Of a stretch of 42,978 nucleotides of DNA, positions 8,166 through 16,881 are shown one piece after another; position 1 is the stretch's first letter, and each line of letters starts with the position of its first letter. The notes below the pieces were generated by a model. That model was not told the origin of the DNA, ran no database searches, and worked only from the letters and a program-made list of their open reading frames with translations. The DNA is from an uncultured Candidatus Saccharibacteria bacterium. GTDB lineage: Bacteria; Patescibacteriota; Minisyncoccia; Phycocordibacterales; UBA918. Location of the stretch: contig CAZNWG010000003.1 of the NCBI GenBank assembly GCA_964576905.1, positions 1-42,978 on the forward strand. Reading direction: 5' to 3'. The translations under genes and the position numbers were made by a program.

Positions 8166-10451
8166 ATGTACCTCAAAGAGCTCACCATAAACGGATTCAA
8201 ATCATTCGCACGTAAAGGTGAGCTTGTCTTCACAACGCCAATCACGGCAATTGTGGGCCCCAATGGCTCAGGGAAATCCAACGTCGCTGAGGCGTTTCGT
8301 TTTGTGCTCGGTGAGCAGTCCATCAAGTCGCTCCGGGGGAAAAAGGGTGAAGACCTCATCTTTAATGGTTCAGAGAGCGTCTCGCGCGCCAACCGTGCAT
8401 CGGTCACCATAACCCTCCTCAATCCACTCAAAAATGGCACACGCGTCTTCCCACTCGATTTTGATGAGATTACCGTGGAGCGTGTTGTCAATCGTGATGG
8501 GACCAATGAATACAGTATCAATGATTCAAAAGTGCGACTCAAAGACGTACAAGAACTTCTTGCTTCAGCAAATATAGGTCCCACGGGGCATCACATTATT
8601 TCGCAGGGGGAAGCCGACCGTATTCTCTCCGCTACTCCAAAAGAGCGAAGGGAGATGATTGAGGATGCGCTCGGGCTCAAGATTTTTCAATTCAAAAAAG
8701 CAGAGAGTGAACGCAAACTCAAAAAAACTCGCGAAAATATTATGCAGGTAGAATCACTTCGCAGAGAGGTTGCACCGCACCTCAGGTTCCTTGAGCGACA
8801 GATTAAGAAAATTGAGCGTTCGCTCGCACTCCAAGAAGAGCTCAAAGATGTGTATGCTGAGTACCTGAAGCGTGAAGATACGTACATCGCATTTCACCAT
8901 GACCGTTTGAGTGAAATGCGTCGTGTACCCATTGCACAAAGAGAGACGCTTCAGGCAGAACTTGCGCGTGCAAAAGAGAAGCTTGCGACGCGCGAAGATG
9001 ATTCGACGAAGTCAGCGCTCATCGATCTTGAAGCTCGCATACGAACAGCGCGTACAGCACGGCAGGAAACAACCCGCATTCTTGGGCAACTTGAGGGGCA
9101 GATACTTTTCATCGAGCGTCAGATAGCTGAAGCAGAGCGTCGCAAAGAGGACACGCACCATGACCCCGTCCCGCGTGATAGCTTTGAACACGCTCTTTCG
9201 GAGGCAGAAACAGTAATGGAGAGCATGCGTGATGAAAACACGGCAGAGAAGGTGTTTCAGGGTCTCAGTGCAATCATCAAGATATTCAGAGGACTCCTCA
9301 CACACACAGAGAATGTAACCCCTCCTGAGTCTGCGCGAGAAGCACTACAAAAGGAGTTGCACACTCTCGAAGAGAGACAGAGAGAGGCAGAAGAGAAGGT
9401 GGCTACCATGAGTGCCGGTGAAGATAGTCTCAATGATGAGTACAATGCGCAGAAGCGCGCTATTGAGTCTGAGGCGAGTGAGAGCCGAGACGCAGAGCGC
9501 GAAATATTCCGCATTATGAACGAACAGCGTGAGGTAGAAAAGACCATCGATACTATTGACCGTGAGCTCGGTGTTCTTGAACGCGATCGACAAGAGTTTA
9601 AGAATGAGTTGCAGGAAGCGGTGTCGCTCCTCGGACGCTCGGCGGGCATGTACTTTGAGTACACAGTACGCGATGAACAGGGTGTCGAGGTACCCCATGA
9701 GCAGATTGTGCATGAGGATCGCACACAACAGCGCGCTCGTAAACACGAGCTCGAGCGCATGAAGATTCGTCTTGAAGAACTCGGTATAGGCTCAAATGAA
9801 GATGTACTCAAAGAGTACAAGGAAGTAAAAGAACGTGATGAATTTTTGGTACACGAAGTCGCCGACCTCACCGAATCAGTTGCAAAACTTGAAACGCTCA
9901 TTGCTGAATTGACCAATGATCTCAACACACAGTTTGTATCAGGCATCGAAAAAATCGGCGCCGAATTCAATACGTTCTTCACGCTCATGTTTGGAGGCGG
10001 TTCTGCCAATTTGCTCCGTATCAAGCCGAAGGTTTCAAAGAAATCAGAGGAGGATATGGAAGACGGTGTTATTGAAGAGGAGGCAGAAGAGACTGAAGAG
10101 GGAATTGAGATAGACGTGAAGCTACCGAATAAGAAAGTGCGTGGGCTCGAAATGCTCTCCGGAGGCGAGCGAGCGCTCACCTCAATCGCGCTCATCTTCG
10201 CGATGAGTCAGGTGAACCCGCCACTCTTTGTGATACTCGACGAGACCGATGCTGCACTCGATGAGGCAAACAGCCGACGCTACGGTGATATGATATCTGC
10301 GCTCGCTGAGCGCTCACAGCTCATCCTCATCACACACAACCGCGAGACGATGGGGCGTGCCGGCGTCCTCTACGGCGTCACCATGGCTGGCGATGGTATG
10401 TCGAAGTTGCTCTCAGTGAAGTTCGACGAGGCGGTCGCGGTGGCGAAGTAG
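8166..10451 (+). CDS. smc: SMC-family chromosome segregation ATPase, short form (761 aa)
   Basis: N-terminal Walker A (GPNGSGKSN) in an SMC-like head, long coiled-coil-like charged heptad regions, a C-terminal signature motif LSGGERALT and Walker B FVILDETDAALD. Confidence 0.85.
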   Translation: MYLKELTINGFKSFARKGELVFTTPITAIVGPNGSGKSNVAEAFRFVLGEQSIKSLRGKKGEDLIFNGSESVSRANRASVTITLLNPLKNGTRVFPLDFDEITVERVVNRDGTNEYSINDSKVRLKDVQELLASANIGPTGHHIISQGEADRILSATPKERREMIEDALGLKIFQFKKAESERKLKKTRENIMQVESLRREVAPHLRFLERQIKKIERSLALQEELKDVYAEYLKREDTYIAFHHDRLSEMRRVPIAQRETLQAELARAKEKLATREDDSTKSALIDLEARIRTARTARQETTRILGQLEGQILFIERQIAEAERRKEDTHHDPVPRDSFEHALSEAETVMESMRDENTAEKVFQGLSAIIKIFRGLLTHTENVTPPESAREALQKELHTLEERQREAEEKVATMSAGEDSLNDEYNAQKRAIESEASESRDAEREIFRIMNEQREVEKTIDTIDRELGVLERDRQEFKNELQEAVSLLGRSAGMYFEYTVRDEQGVEVPHEQIVHEDRTQQRARKHELERMKIRLEELGIGSNEDVLKEYKEVKERDEFLVHEVADLTESVAKLETLIAELTNDLNTQFVSGIEKIGAEFNTFFTLMFGGGSANLLRIKPKVSKKSEEDMEDGVIEEEAEETEEGIEIDVKLPNKKVRGLEMLSGGERALTSIALIFAMSQVNPPLFVILDETDAALDEANSRRYGDMISALAERSQLILITHNRETMGRAGVLYGVTMAGDGMSKLLSVKFDEAVAVAK

Positions 10452-10540
10452 CTTTTCCTGTTGCTTTTTTCGTGGTATATATCACGCAGGTTGCACCCTG
10501 TTTTTTGTTGTCAATATAGGGCACGTCGTGTCCACAACTT

Positions 10541-11023
10541 ATGAAGGGAGATTTTAGAGTGACTACGGTCAATGAAACATTGCGCAGTATTGTGCAAGAG
10601 CACCCATGGGCGCTTTCAATCCTTGAGCATGTCGACGAAGCGTATGAAGTGAGAGAGGAAACATTCTCCGTGCATGATCTCGAAAAGCTGTGGTGCGGAG
10701 AAATTCAATACAAGAAAGAGGGCGTTGTAAAAAAGAAATGGTTCATCAGAATATTCCTTGTCACCACCGCAAGAAGGGTGATTGAAATCACGAAAGAGGC
10801 GGTGAAAGCGCAACCGTGGTGGCGTCGAGTATTCAAACCGGCTGAATCAGGTGATTGGTACCAGTACCTTGGCGAAACGTTACTGCTTGATACGTATAGC
10901 AGTATGCACATTGAAAAGGTTATCGTGTTCGACCACGGTCCCAAACACTACAGTGAACCGAAACTCACCTTCTACTCGTTGCCGGAAGGCAAGACGATGC
11001 GCGAACTTCTCAGCAAGTCCTGA
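10541..11023 (+). CDS. Hypothetical protein (160 aa)
   Basis: The ORF has no recognisable motif. An alternative GTG start at 10559 is preceded by AAGGGAGA. Confidence 0.5.
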   Translation: MKGDFRVTTVNETLRSIVQEHPWALSILEHVDEAYEVREETFSVHDLEKLWCGEIQYKKEGVVKKKWFIRIFLVTTARRVIEITKEAVKAQPWWRRVFKPAESGDWYQYLGETLLLDTYSSMHIEKVIVFDHGPKHYSEPKLTFYSLPEGKTMRELLSKS

Positions 11024-11115
11024 CGTACCTCACCAAAAGACACGATTAGAAATGATCATGGCAGGTGAGGGTAGATCAACCAGTGTTCGTGAATCAGAAC
11101 TTCTCACATGACTTG

Positions 11116-11145
11116 AAAAACCCGCCACCGGCGGGTTTTGTTTTG
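11116..11145. terminator. Bidirectional rho-independent terminator between convergent genes
   Basis: AAAACCCGCC-acc-GGCGGGTTTT, with T-runs on both strands. Confidence 0.8.
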
Positions 11146-11155
11146 ATACTTTTTG

Positions 11156-13102
11156 CTACCCGACGAGCTCAAAATCAAGCACACGCTCTTCCATGTCGGC
11201 TCGGGTGAGCTTGACGCGCACCTCACCACCCAAGGTGTAAGTTTTGCCCGTGCGGTTGCCCTTGATGCGGTACTTCGTCGCTTCGTGGGTGAAGAAGTCA
11301 CCCTTAATGCTCGAGAGACGTACCATACCCTCACAGCGGGAGATTTTGTCTTCTACATACATACCCCAATCGGTCACACCGGTGATGATGCCGTCAAATT
11401 CTTGTCCCACTTTGTCGAGCATGTATTCAACTTGCTTAAACTTGATAGAGTCGCGCTCAGCGGTGACTGCGGACATTTCACGCTCTGAAGATTGAATGGA
11501 GAGCTTTTCGTACTTTGCGAGTTCACGCCCCTGAATCATTCCGCCATCGAGATGCTTGCGGAGGAGGCGGTGTGACATGAGGTCGGGGTAGCGACGAATC
11601 GGCGAGGTGAAGTGCGTGTAGTACTTGAATGCGAGACCGAAGTGGCCGATATTCTTGGTCGTGTAGACGGCCTTTGCCATTGAGCGGATGGTCGCGGTCT
11701 TGATGAGATTTTCCTCCGGTGTACCCTCGATGGATTTGAGGAGCGCGTTGATGTCCTTTGCTTGGATGACACCCTTCTTGGTCTCAAACTCATGCCCGAG
11801 CGCGCGGAGGAAAATACCGAGCGACTCAATTTTTTCGGGATTGGGGACATCGTGCACGCGGTAGACGAAGGCCGCGTCGCGCCCGCTCTTTTTGGTGTGC
11901 GCGTACACAAACTCAGCGACCCGTTTGTTGGCGAGCAACATGTAGTCCTCAATCATGAGCATGGTCTCGGTGCGTACCTTTGTGTACACGCGAATGGGCT
12001 TGCCTTTCGCATCGAGCTCGAAGCGAACTTCCGGCTGGTCAAAGGCGATGGCGCCGTCAGAGAATCGCTGTGCGCGGAGGATACGCCCTATGTCCATGAG
12101 GGTGCGCAGTTCGTTGTGCATAGTGCCCTCACCTTTGTCGAGGACTTCCTGAGCTTCCTCATATGAAAAACGCTTATTTGAGTGGATGATGGTCTGACCA
12201 AACCACTCATGGTGAATGTTTCCTGCGGTGTCCATTTCAAAGACTGCTGAGAATGAGAGTCGGTCCTCATTGGGGCGAAGTGAGCAGAGGTCATTGCTCA
12301 GCACCTCGGGGAGCATGGGAATGACGCGGTCGACAAGGTAGATAGACGTTCCGCGCTCCTGCGCTTCTTTGTCGATGGTGTCCTCTTCACGGACGTAGTG
12401 CGAGACATCGGCAATGTGAATGCCAATTTCGTAGTTGCCGTTAGGAAGCACATGAAAGGAAATAGCATCGTCAAAGTCTTTCGCATCGACAGGGTCGATG
12501 GTGCAGGTGGTGCGGTCACGCATATCCCGTCGCGTTGGATGTTGCCCCAGCGTTGCAAAAACTGCGTCCGCAAAAATTTGCTCTTTCCGTGCGTAGAGCT
12601 CCTGACCTGCCTTCGCGACGTGCTCGGGGAAATTTTCCGAAAAGCCACCTCCGCGGATGATTGCCTGCATCTCGGTTTCGTGGTCACCGGCCGGCCCGAG
12701 TACTTCGGTAATGGTGCCGATGGGGTCGGTGAGGGGATTCTTCCATGAGTCAATTTTTACGACCACTTTCATACCCTCATGCGTTGCCGTCGCTTTGGGT
12801 AACTGTGGATGAATGTGGATGCGCTTGCTGTCAGGAATGAGCTGGTACCCGTCATTCTTTTTTTGTACGAGACCAACGAATTCATGATGGCGCGGGGTGA
12901 CCACATGCAACACCGCGCCTTCTTGGCGTTTGCCGGTGACCTTCGGTTTGAGCTCAATCTCGACAATGTCGCCATCGAGGGCGAAGGAGAGCGCTTCGGG
13001 GGGGATGACGATATCCTCATCGTAACCGGGTACGGTGACGTAGCCAATGCCCTTTCCGCGAACCATAATAACCCCCTCGTGTGTAGTCGTATTTCTTTCC
13101 AT
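11156..13102 (-). CDS. rnr: Ribonuclease R (RNase II/R-family 3'-5' exoribonuclease with a C-terminal S1 domain)
   Basis: RNB-domain motifs (IDPVDAKDFDDA, HFGLA..YTHFTSPIRRYPDL) and an S1-like C-terminus (GIITGVTDWGMYV). Confidence 0.92.
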   Translation of the reverse strand: MERNTTTHEGVIMVRGKGIGYVTVPGYDEDIVIPPEALSFALDGDIVEIELKPKVTGKRQEGAVLHVVTPRHHEFVGLVQKKNDGYQLIPDSKRIHIHPQLPKATATHEGMKVVVKIDSWKNPLTDPIGTITEVLGPAGDHETEMQAIIRGGGFSENFPEHVAKAGQELYARKEQIFADAVFATLGQHPTRRDMRDRTTCTIDPVDAKDFDDAISFHVLPNGNYEIGIHIADVSHYVREEDTIDKEAQERGTSIYLVDRVIPMLPEVLSNDLCSLRPNEDRLSFSAVFEMDTAGNIHHEWFGQTIIHSNKRFSYEEAQEVLDKGEGTMHNELRTLMDIGRILRAQRFSDGAIAFDQPEVRFELDAKGKPIRVYTKVRTETMLMIEDYMLLANKRVAEFVYAHTKKSGRDAAFVYRVHDVPNPEKIESLGIFLRALGHEFETKKGVIQAKDINALLKSIEGTPEENLIKTATIRSMAKAVYTTKNIGHFGLAFKYYTHFTSPIRRYPDLMSHRLLRKHLDGGMIQGRELAKYEKLSIQSSEREMSAVTAERDSIKFKQVEYMLDKVGQEFDGIITGVTDWGMYVEDKISRCEGMVRLSSIKGDFFTHEATKYRIKGNRTGKTYTLGGEVRVKLTRADMEERVLDFELVG

Positions 13103-13199
13103 GTGGTGTTGAGTGTATCACGATGGTCATGCAATCGCTATATGGAAGGTGATGGAACACTTGACCTTATGGGTCAGTTCTGCTATTGTTCTTCGCACC

Positions 13200-13601
13200 A
13201 TGTTAAAGATGCGTTTACAACGAATTGGGCGAAAAAATAATCCTTCATACCGGATTGTTGTTACTGATTCACGAAATGCCCCTTCACGCGGGCGACATGT
13301 TGATTATGTTGGTTCATACGACCCACTCCTTGGGCGCGTACAGATTGATGCAGAAAAAGCAAAGCACTGGCTCAGTAATGGCGTACAGCCTTCAGATACG
13401 GTGTACAACTTCCTCGTTTCAGAAAAGATACTTGAAGGAAAGAAGAGGAATGCACTTTCTAAGAAATCACCAATTGTAGACGAAGCAAAATTGAAAGCAG
13501 AAGCAGAAGCCAAAGTAAAGGCAGAAGCAGAAGCTAAGGCAAAGGCAGAAGAGGCACATGCGGTTACAGAAGCTCCAGTGGAAGAACCGGTTGCCGCATA
13601 A
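13200..13601 (+). CDS. rpsP: 30S ribosomal protein S16, with an Ala/Lys/Glu-rich C-terminal extension
   Basis: MLKMRLQRIGRKNNPSYRIVV...G.YDP...A..WL..G.QPS is typical of S16. I trimmed the ORF track start (13113) to the ATG at 13200. Confidence 0.9.
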   Translation: MLKMRLQRIGRKNNPSYRIVVTDSRNAPSRGRHVDYVGSYDPLLGRVQIDAEKAKHWLSNGVQPSDTVYNFLVSEKILEGKKRNALSKKSPIVDEAKLKAEAEAKVKAEAEAKAKAEEAHAVTEAPVEEPVAA

Positions 13602-13623
13602 AAGTTGCATTACATCGAATTTT

Positions 13624-13659
13624 ATACACGCACATACGATTATCCGTATGTGCGTGTAT
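13624..13659 (+). terminator. 15-bp perfect-stem hairpin downstream of rpsP (possible terminator or processing site)
   Basis: ATACACGCACATACG-attatc-CGTATGTGCGTGTAT. Only a weak T tract follows. Confidence 0.45.
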
Positions 13660-13757
13660 TGACGTATGGCAACTACCTGTTACCATTCTTATTAGTACGT
13701 TCCTGATAACGAACGTAGATGGACGCTTAACAGAGTAAGTTCTCAATTCATAATCAT

Positions 13758-14123
13758 ATGGAGTCAGACCAGCAATTTCTTGAACAGGTGGTAAAGGCAC
13801 TTGTGGACCACCCAGAAACCGTAAAGATTAACCGAACCGTTGATGAGATGGGCGTGCTCCTCACCCTCGATGTGCATGCAGAAGATATGGGGAAGATTAT
13901 CGGACGTTCAGGTAACACCGCAAAGGCAATCCGTACGCTCCTTCGCGTTGTGGGTATGAAGAATGACGCTCGTGTCAATCTCAAAATTAATGAACCAGAA
14001 GGGGGTACTCGCAGTGCTCAGTCAGCAGTAGGAGCAGATATGAGTGCGGTAGATGGTGGTGCTGATGACACACCAATGGCACCGAAGTCTTTAGACGAAG
14101 CAATCGACGGACTTCGCATCTAA
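13758..14123 (+). CDS. KH-domain RNA-binding protein (YlqC/KhpA-like, UPF0109), with a C-terminal extension
   Basis: LVDHPE...V...DMGKIIGRSGNTAKAIRTLL matches the small KH protein usually found next to rpsP. Confidence 0.8.
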   Translation: MESDQQFLEQVVKALVDHPETVKINRTVDEMGVLLTLDVHAEDMGKIIGRSGNTAKAIRTLLRVVGMKNDARVNLKINEPEGGTRSAQSAVGADMSAVDGGADDTPMAPKSLDEAIDGLRI

Positions 14124-14145
14124 AACATCAACTGCTTGATGTTTT

Positions 14146-14390
14146 GGATAGCGAAGTTAGCCGGAGCCATGTTTTGTCTATTCATAATGACAAAACAGGC
14201 GAGGCAGGGCAGGAGGTTCTTAGTGAGCGAAGCGAACTTAGAAACCTGCGCTGAGAATCTAAATTGGCGAATTGCGTCGTTGCGGTTCGGTAAAATGACA
14301 GTCGTCGTATTCTTATACGTCTTCTGTCATTTTCCTCCCGCGCCTCGCACTTCATCCAATTTCGAGTTCTCAAACTTCGCAAGGTAAAAA
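14146..14390 (+). ncRNA. Candidate structured non-coding RNA or structured leader, family unknown
   Basis: No credible ORF. There are two nested long-range helices: 14151-14158 GCGAAGTT with 14373-14380 AACTTCGC, and 14199-14205 GCGAGGC with 14342-14348 GCCTCGC. These enclose four local hairpins (14170-14197, 14215-14246, 14268-14289 and 14292-14333). The 14268-14289 stem has three G-U wobbles that only pair on the plus strand. The region ends at a strong terminator. Confidence 0.4.
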
Positions 14391-14437
14391 GCAAACACAA
14401 AACCCGCGCGCCGACGGCGCGCGGGTTTTGTGTTTGC
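14391..14437. terminator. Very strong bidirectional terminator hairpin (22-bp perfect arms)
   Basis: GCAAACACAAAACCCGCGCGCC-gac-GGCGCGCGGGTTTTGTGTTTGC. Confidence 0.8.
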
Positions 14438-14508
14438 TGTATAGAGCATAGAAACATTTACTTCTATACCCAGTAATACAGCTAATTTACAATTCTCAAA
14501 TAAAAACC

Positions 14509-14548
14509 CTATGCAAAACCTTCCATTCGAATGGAAGGTTTTGCATAG
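14509..14548. repeat. 40-nt perfect palindrome
   Basis: CTATGCAAAACCTTCCATTC|GAATGGAAGGTTTTGCATAG read directly. It lies upstream of the Nudix gene. Confidence 0.85.
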
Positions 14549-14623
14549 TGCACCGTGTATCTTTCGTATCGTAAAACGGTTTCAAGTCGCAATTCAGTCT
14601 CAGGTGTATACTAAGTTAGCATA

Positions 14624-15103
14624 ATGGTTGGAGAAAGAGGAAATTTGTGTCAGACTATTTGTATGATTAAGGGTATTGATTATACGGGGATAACCATTTC
14701 GTTTTATTGCCACGACGGGAAGGGAAATTTTGTTACGCATCGTCGCACTCAAAATTGTCGAGACGAATGGGGGCGCTGGGATTTTGGGGGTGGTGGACTC
14801 AAGTTTAATGAAAAATTAGAAGATGGTGTTATGCGCGAAGTAGAAGAAGAGTATGGTACCAAGCCCATACAGATTGAATTCATGGGGACCGATGAGGTCT
14901 TTCGTACACATGAAGGAAAGAATACTCACTGGATTTCGTTTCGGTATAAAGTTCTTGTAGATAAAGATTCCGTCAAAAATAACGAACCAGAGAAACATGA
15001 TGCACTTATGTGGGTAACACTTGATAATCTTCCATCGCCGTTGCATTCCCAAAGTGGAGCATCTTTAGAAAAATATAAGAGTATCCTTAACACTCATAAC
15101 TAG
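14624..15103 (+). CDS. Nudix hydrolase
   Basis: Canonical Nudix box GGLKFNEKLEDGVMREVEEEYG. An alternative start is the ATG at 14663 (MIKGIDY...). Confidence 0.85.
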   Translation: MVGERGNLCQTICMIKGIDYTGITISFYCHDGKGNFVTHRRTQNCRDEWGRWDFGGGGLKFNEKLEDGVMREVEEEYGTKPIQIEFMGTDEVFRTHEGKNTHWISFRYKVLVDKDSVKNNEPEKHDALMWVTLDNLPSPLHSQSGASLEKYKSILNTHN

Positions 15104-15111
15104 TCATTATC

Positions 15112-15810
15112 ATGCATTTTCACGTTATAACCCTATTCCCGGAAATCTGCGAGACGTATACCAGTTCGTCTATTCTTGGTCGTGCGCAAAAGACGGAGAA
15201 GGGGAAAGGTGCAAAGCACCGAGGAAAGAAAATTGAGGTGAAGTACTACAATCCCCGTGACTTCACGAAAGACAAACATCACAAGGTAGACGACCGTCCC
15301 TACGGTGGTGGTCCGGGAATGGTGATGTACGCCGAGCCGATACTCAAGGCATGGGAGAAAGCGGTTGGGAGGAAGGTAAAAAGTAAAACAGAAAATAGAA
15401 ACTATAAAATCAAAACGCTCGTCATGTCGCCCCGTGGAAAAGTGTTTGACACGAAAATGGCAAAAGCGCTCGCTCAAAAATATACCGACATTGTCCTCAT
15501 TTCGGGCAGGTACGAGGGGATTGATTCACGCGTCAAGAAAATCCTCAAGGCGGATGAAGTTTCTGTGGGTGATTATGTACTCACCGGTGGAGAACTCCCA
15601 GCGCTCGCAATTATTGACTCCGTCGCACGCCAAGTACCCGGAGTCCTCGGCACCTTCGAGTCACTCGAAGACGAGCGCGTCTCGAGCGGAGAAATGTACA
15701 CGCGTCCGGAAGTCCTTGAGTATAAAAAGAAAAAATACAAAGTCCCACCAGTCTTTCTCTCGGGAAACCACTCAGAGATAGAGCGGTGGAGAATGTCGCA
15801 CGATGAATGA
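15112..15810 (+). CDS. trmD: tRNA (guanine37-N1)-methyltransferase
   Basis: The pattern MHFHVITLFPE...DDRPYGGGPGMVM...ISGRYEGIDSRV...GDYVLTGGELPA is typical of TrmD. Confidence 0.93.
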   Translation: MHFHVITLFPEICETYTSSSILGRAQKTEKGKGAKHRGKKIEVKYYNPRDFTKDKHHKVDDRPYGGGPGMVMYAEPILKAWEKAVGRKVKSKTENRNYKIKTLVMSPRGKVFDTKMAKALAQKYTDIVLISGRYEGIDSRVKKILKADEVSVGDYVLTGGELPALAIIDSVARQVPGVLGTFESLEDERVSSGEMYTRPEVLEYKKKKYKVPPVFLSGNHSEIERWRMSHDE

Positions 15811-15871
15811 ATCTGTGCGGTATGATATTCTGATGAGATGTTATCAATCTCGGAGGTAAGAAAGAAAAAAT

Positions 15872-16567
15872 ATGAATGAGGAAATGAGGACAATACATAA
15901 TGGAGACGCGTATGTAGTCGACCATGAAGAGGCTGTGCGTAAAGAGGAGCAAGAAAGGAGAATAGCAGAGCTTAACGAAGAGAGAGAAGAATTGCTGGGC
16001 ACTCTCAGATCACTCGAGGGAGGTGATGGAAAGAAGGGGCAACGAGAGAAAAATCGGGAGAGAAAAATAGCTGGAGAAATCACAGAAGAAAAAGAAGCTG
16101 AGTTGAACGAGCGTCTCGATGTGGCACGTGCTGAATGCCGAAAGAGATTGGCGGAAATTGAAGCAAAACTCAAAGTACTCGGTACTGCAGAGGTAGAGGA
16201 ATCGGGTGTAGACGCGAACGCAGGAGATCCTGTGGGACATGGAGCGGAGGAGGTTGTTCCCAACGGAGAGGCGAAAGAACGTACGCTCGAACACGACGAA
16301 GTTTTCTGGACCGCAATAGAAACTCTGATTGCTAATATCAAACAGTCTGAAGTCGTGTACGGACCTGTCACGAATGAGAGTGGAAAAACGTACTCGGCAG
16401 AGAACCTTGAAACAATTATCCGAGGCATTGCAGATGGGAGTATTCGCGATGAGCAGGGGAAAGATAAGTTCGACTATATGACAAAAGCGAATAGTCTTAG
16501 GAATACCCTCCGTCAGATATTTGAGCGAGAAGAAAAAAGAAAGGGTTTGGCGAATGAGGATGTCTGA
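15872..16567 (+). CDS. Hypothetical Glu/Lys-rich protein (231 aa)
   Basis: The ORF has a charged, coiled-coil-like N-terminal half. No recognisable motif. Confidence 0.5.
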   Translation: MNEEMRTIHNGDAYVVDHEEAVRKEEQERRIAELNEEREELLGTLRSLEGGDGKKGQREKNRERKIAGEITEEKEAELNERLDVARAECRKRLAEIEAKLKVLGTAEVEESGVDANAGDPVGHGAEEVVPNGEAKERTLEHDEVFWTAIETLIANIKQSEVVYGPVTNESGKTYSAENLETIIRGIADGSIRDEQGKDKFDYMTKANSLRNTLRQIFEREEKRKGLANEDV

Positions 16568-16881
16568 GCGTAGTTTGTTAGGATTCGAATCCATGGCTGT
16601 ATTGGTAGCAACCTGAATTCCCCAGTGTGGGCTTGCTATACTAACAAATCTCTGATACTATTCCGTCACGCAATAGATCTCGAATGAGTCATGGATGTGC
16701 GATGTTTGTAGGAGGTCATATACCGCAGTGTATATGAGAACACCGGGGACGAACGTCCCATAATCACGCATCACGTGATGTACACATTACACGCAAAGTA
16801 AAAACCGTATGCAGGGAACGCGCTTTTGGCGCGGTTTTGCTGGTGCGGTGATTACTTTTTAAGAGATAATTTTTATACACT

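Noticed and set aside
9257-10195. Long antisense or out-of-frame ORFs inside well-supported genes. Examples: 9257..10195(-), 1457..2212(+), 2405..3304(+), 18112..18714(-), 21967..22620(-), 24746..25549(-), 29416..30132(+), 30257..30931(+), 32733..33572(-), 34817..35452(+), 15844..16428(-) and 16010..16594(-).
   Set aside because: They are shadow ORFs. Their composition is Ser/Arg/Cys-rich with no motifs, and each is fully embedded in a gene with strong family signatures on the other strand or in another frame.
14136-14457. ORFs 14136..14387(+) and 14182..14457(-) in the KH-Nudix spacer.
   Set aside because: Their composition is implausible and there is no RBS. One starts inside the terminator stem. 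The region is better explained as structured non-coding sequence.
16581-16592. GGATTCGAATCC, which resembles a tRNA T-arm/T-loop.
   Set aside because: The 5 nt on each side of TTCGAAT do not pair on either strand. No acceptor, D or anticodon arms could be built around it, so it is just a 12-nt palindrome.
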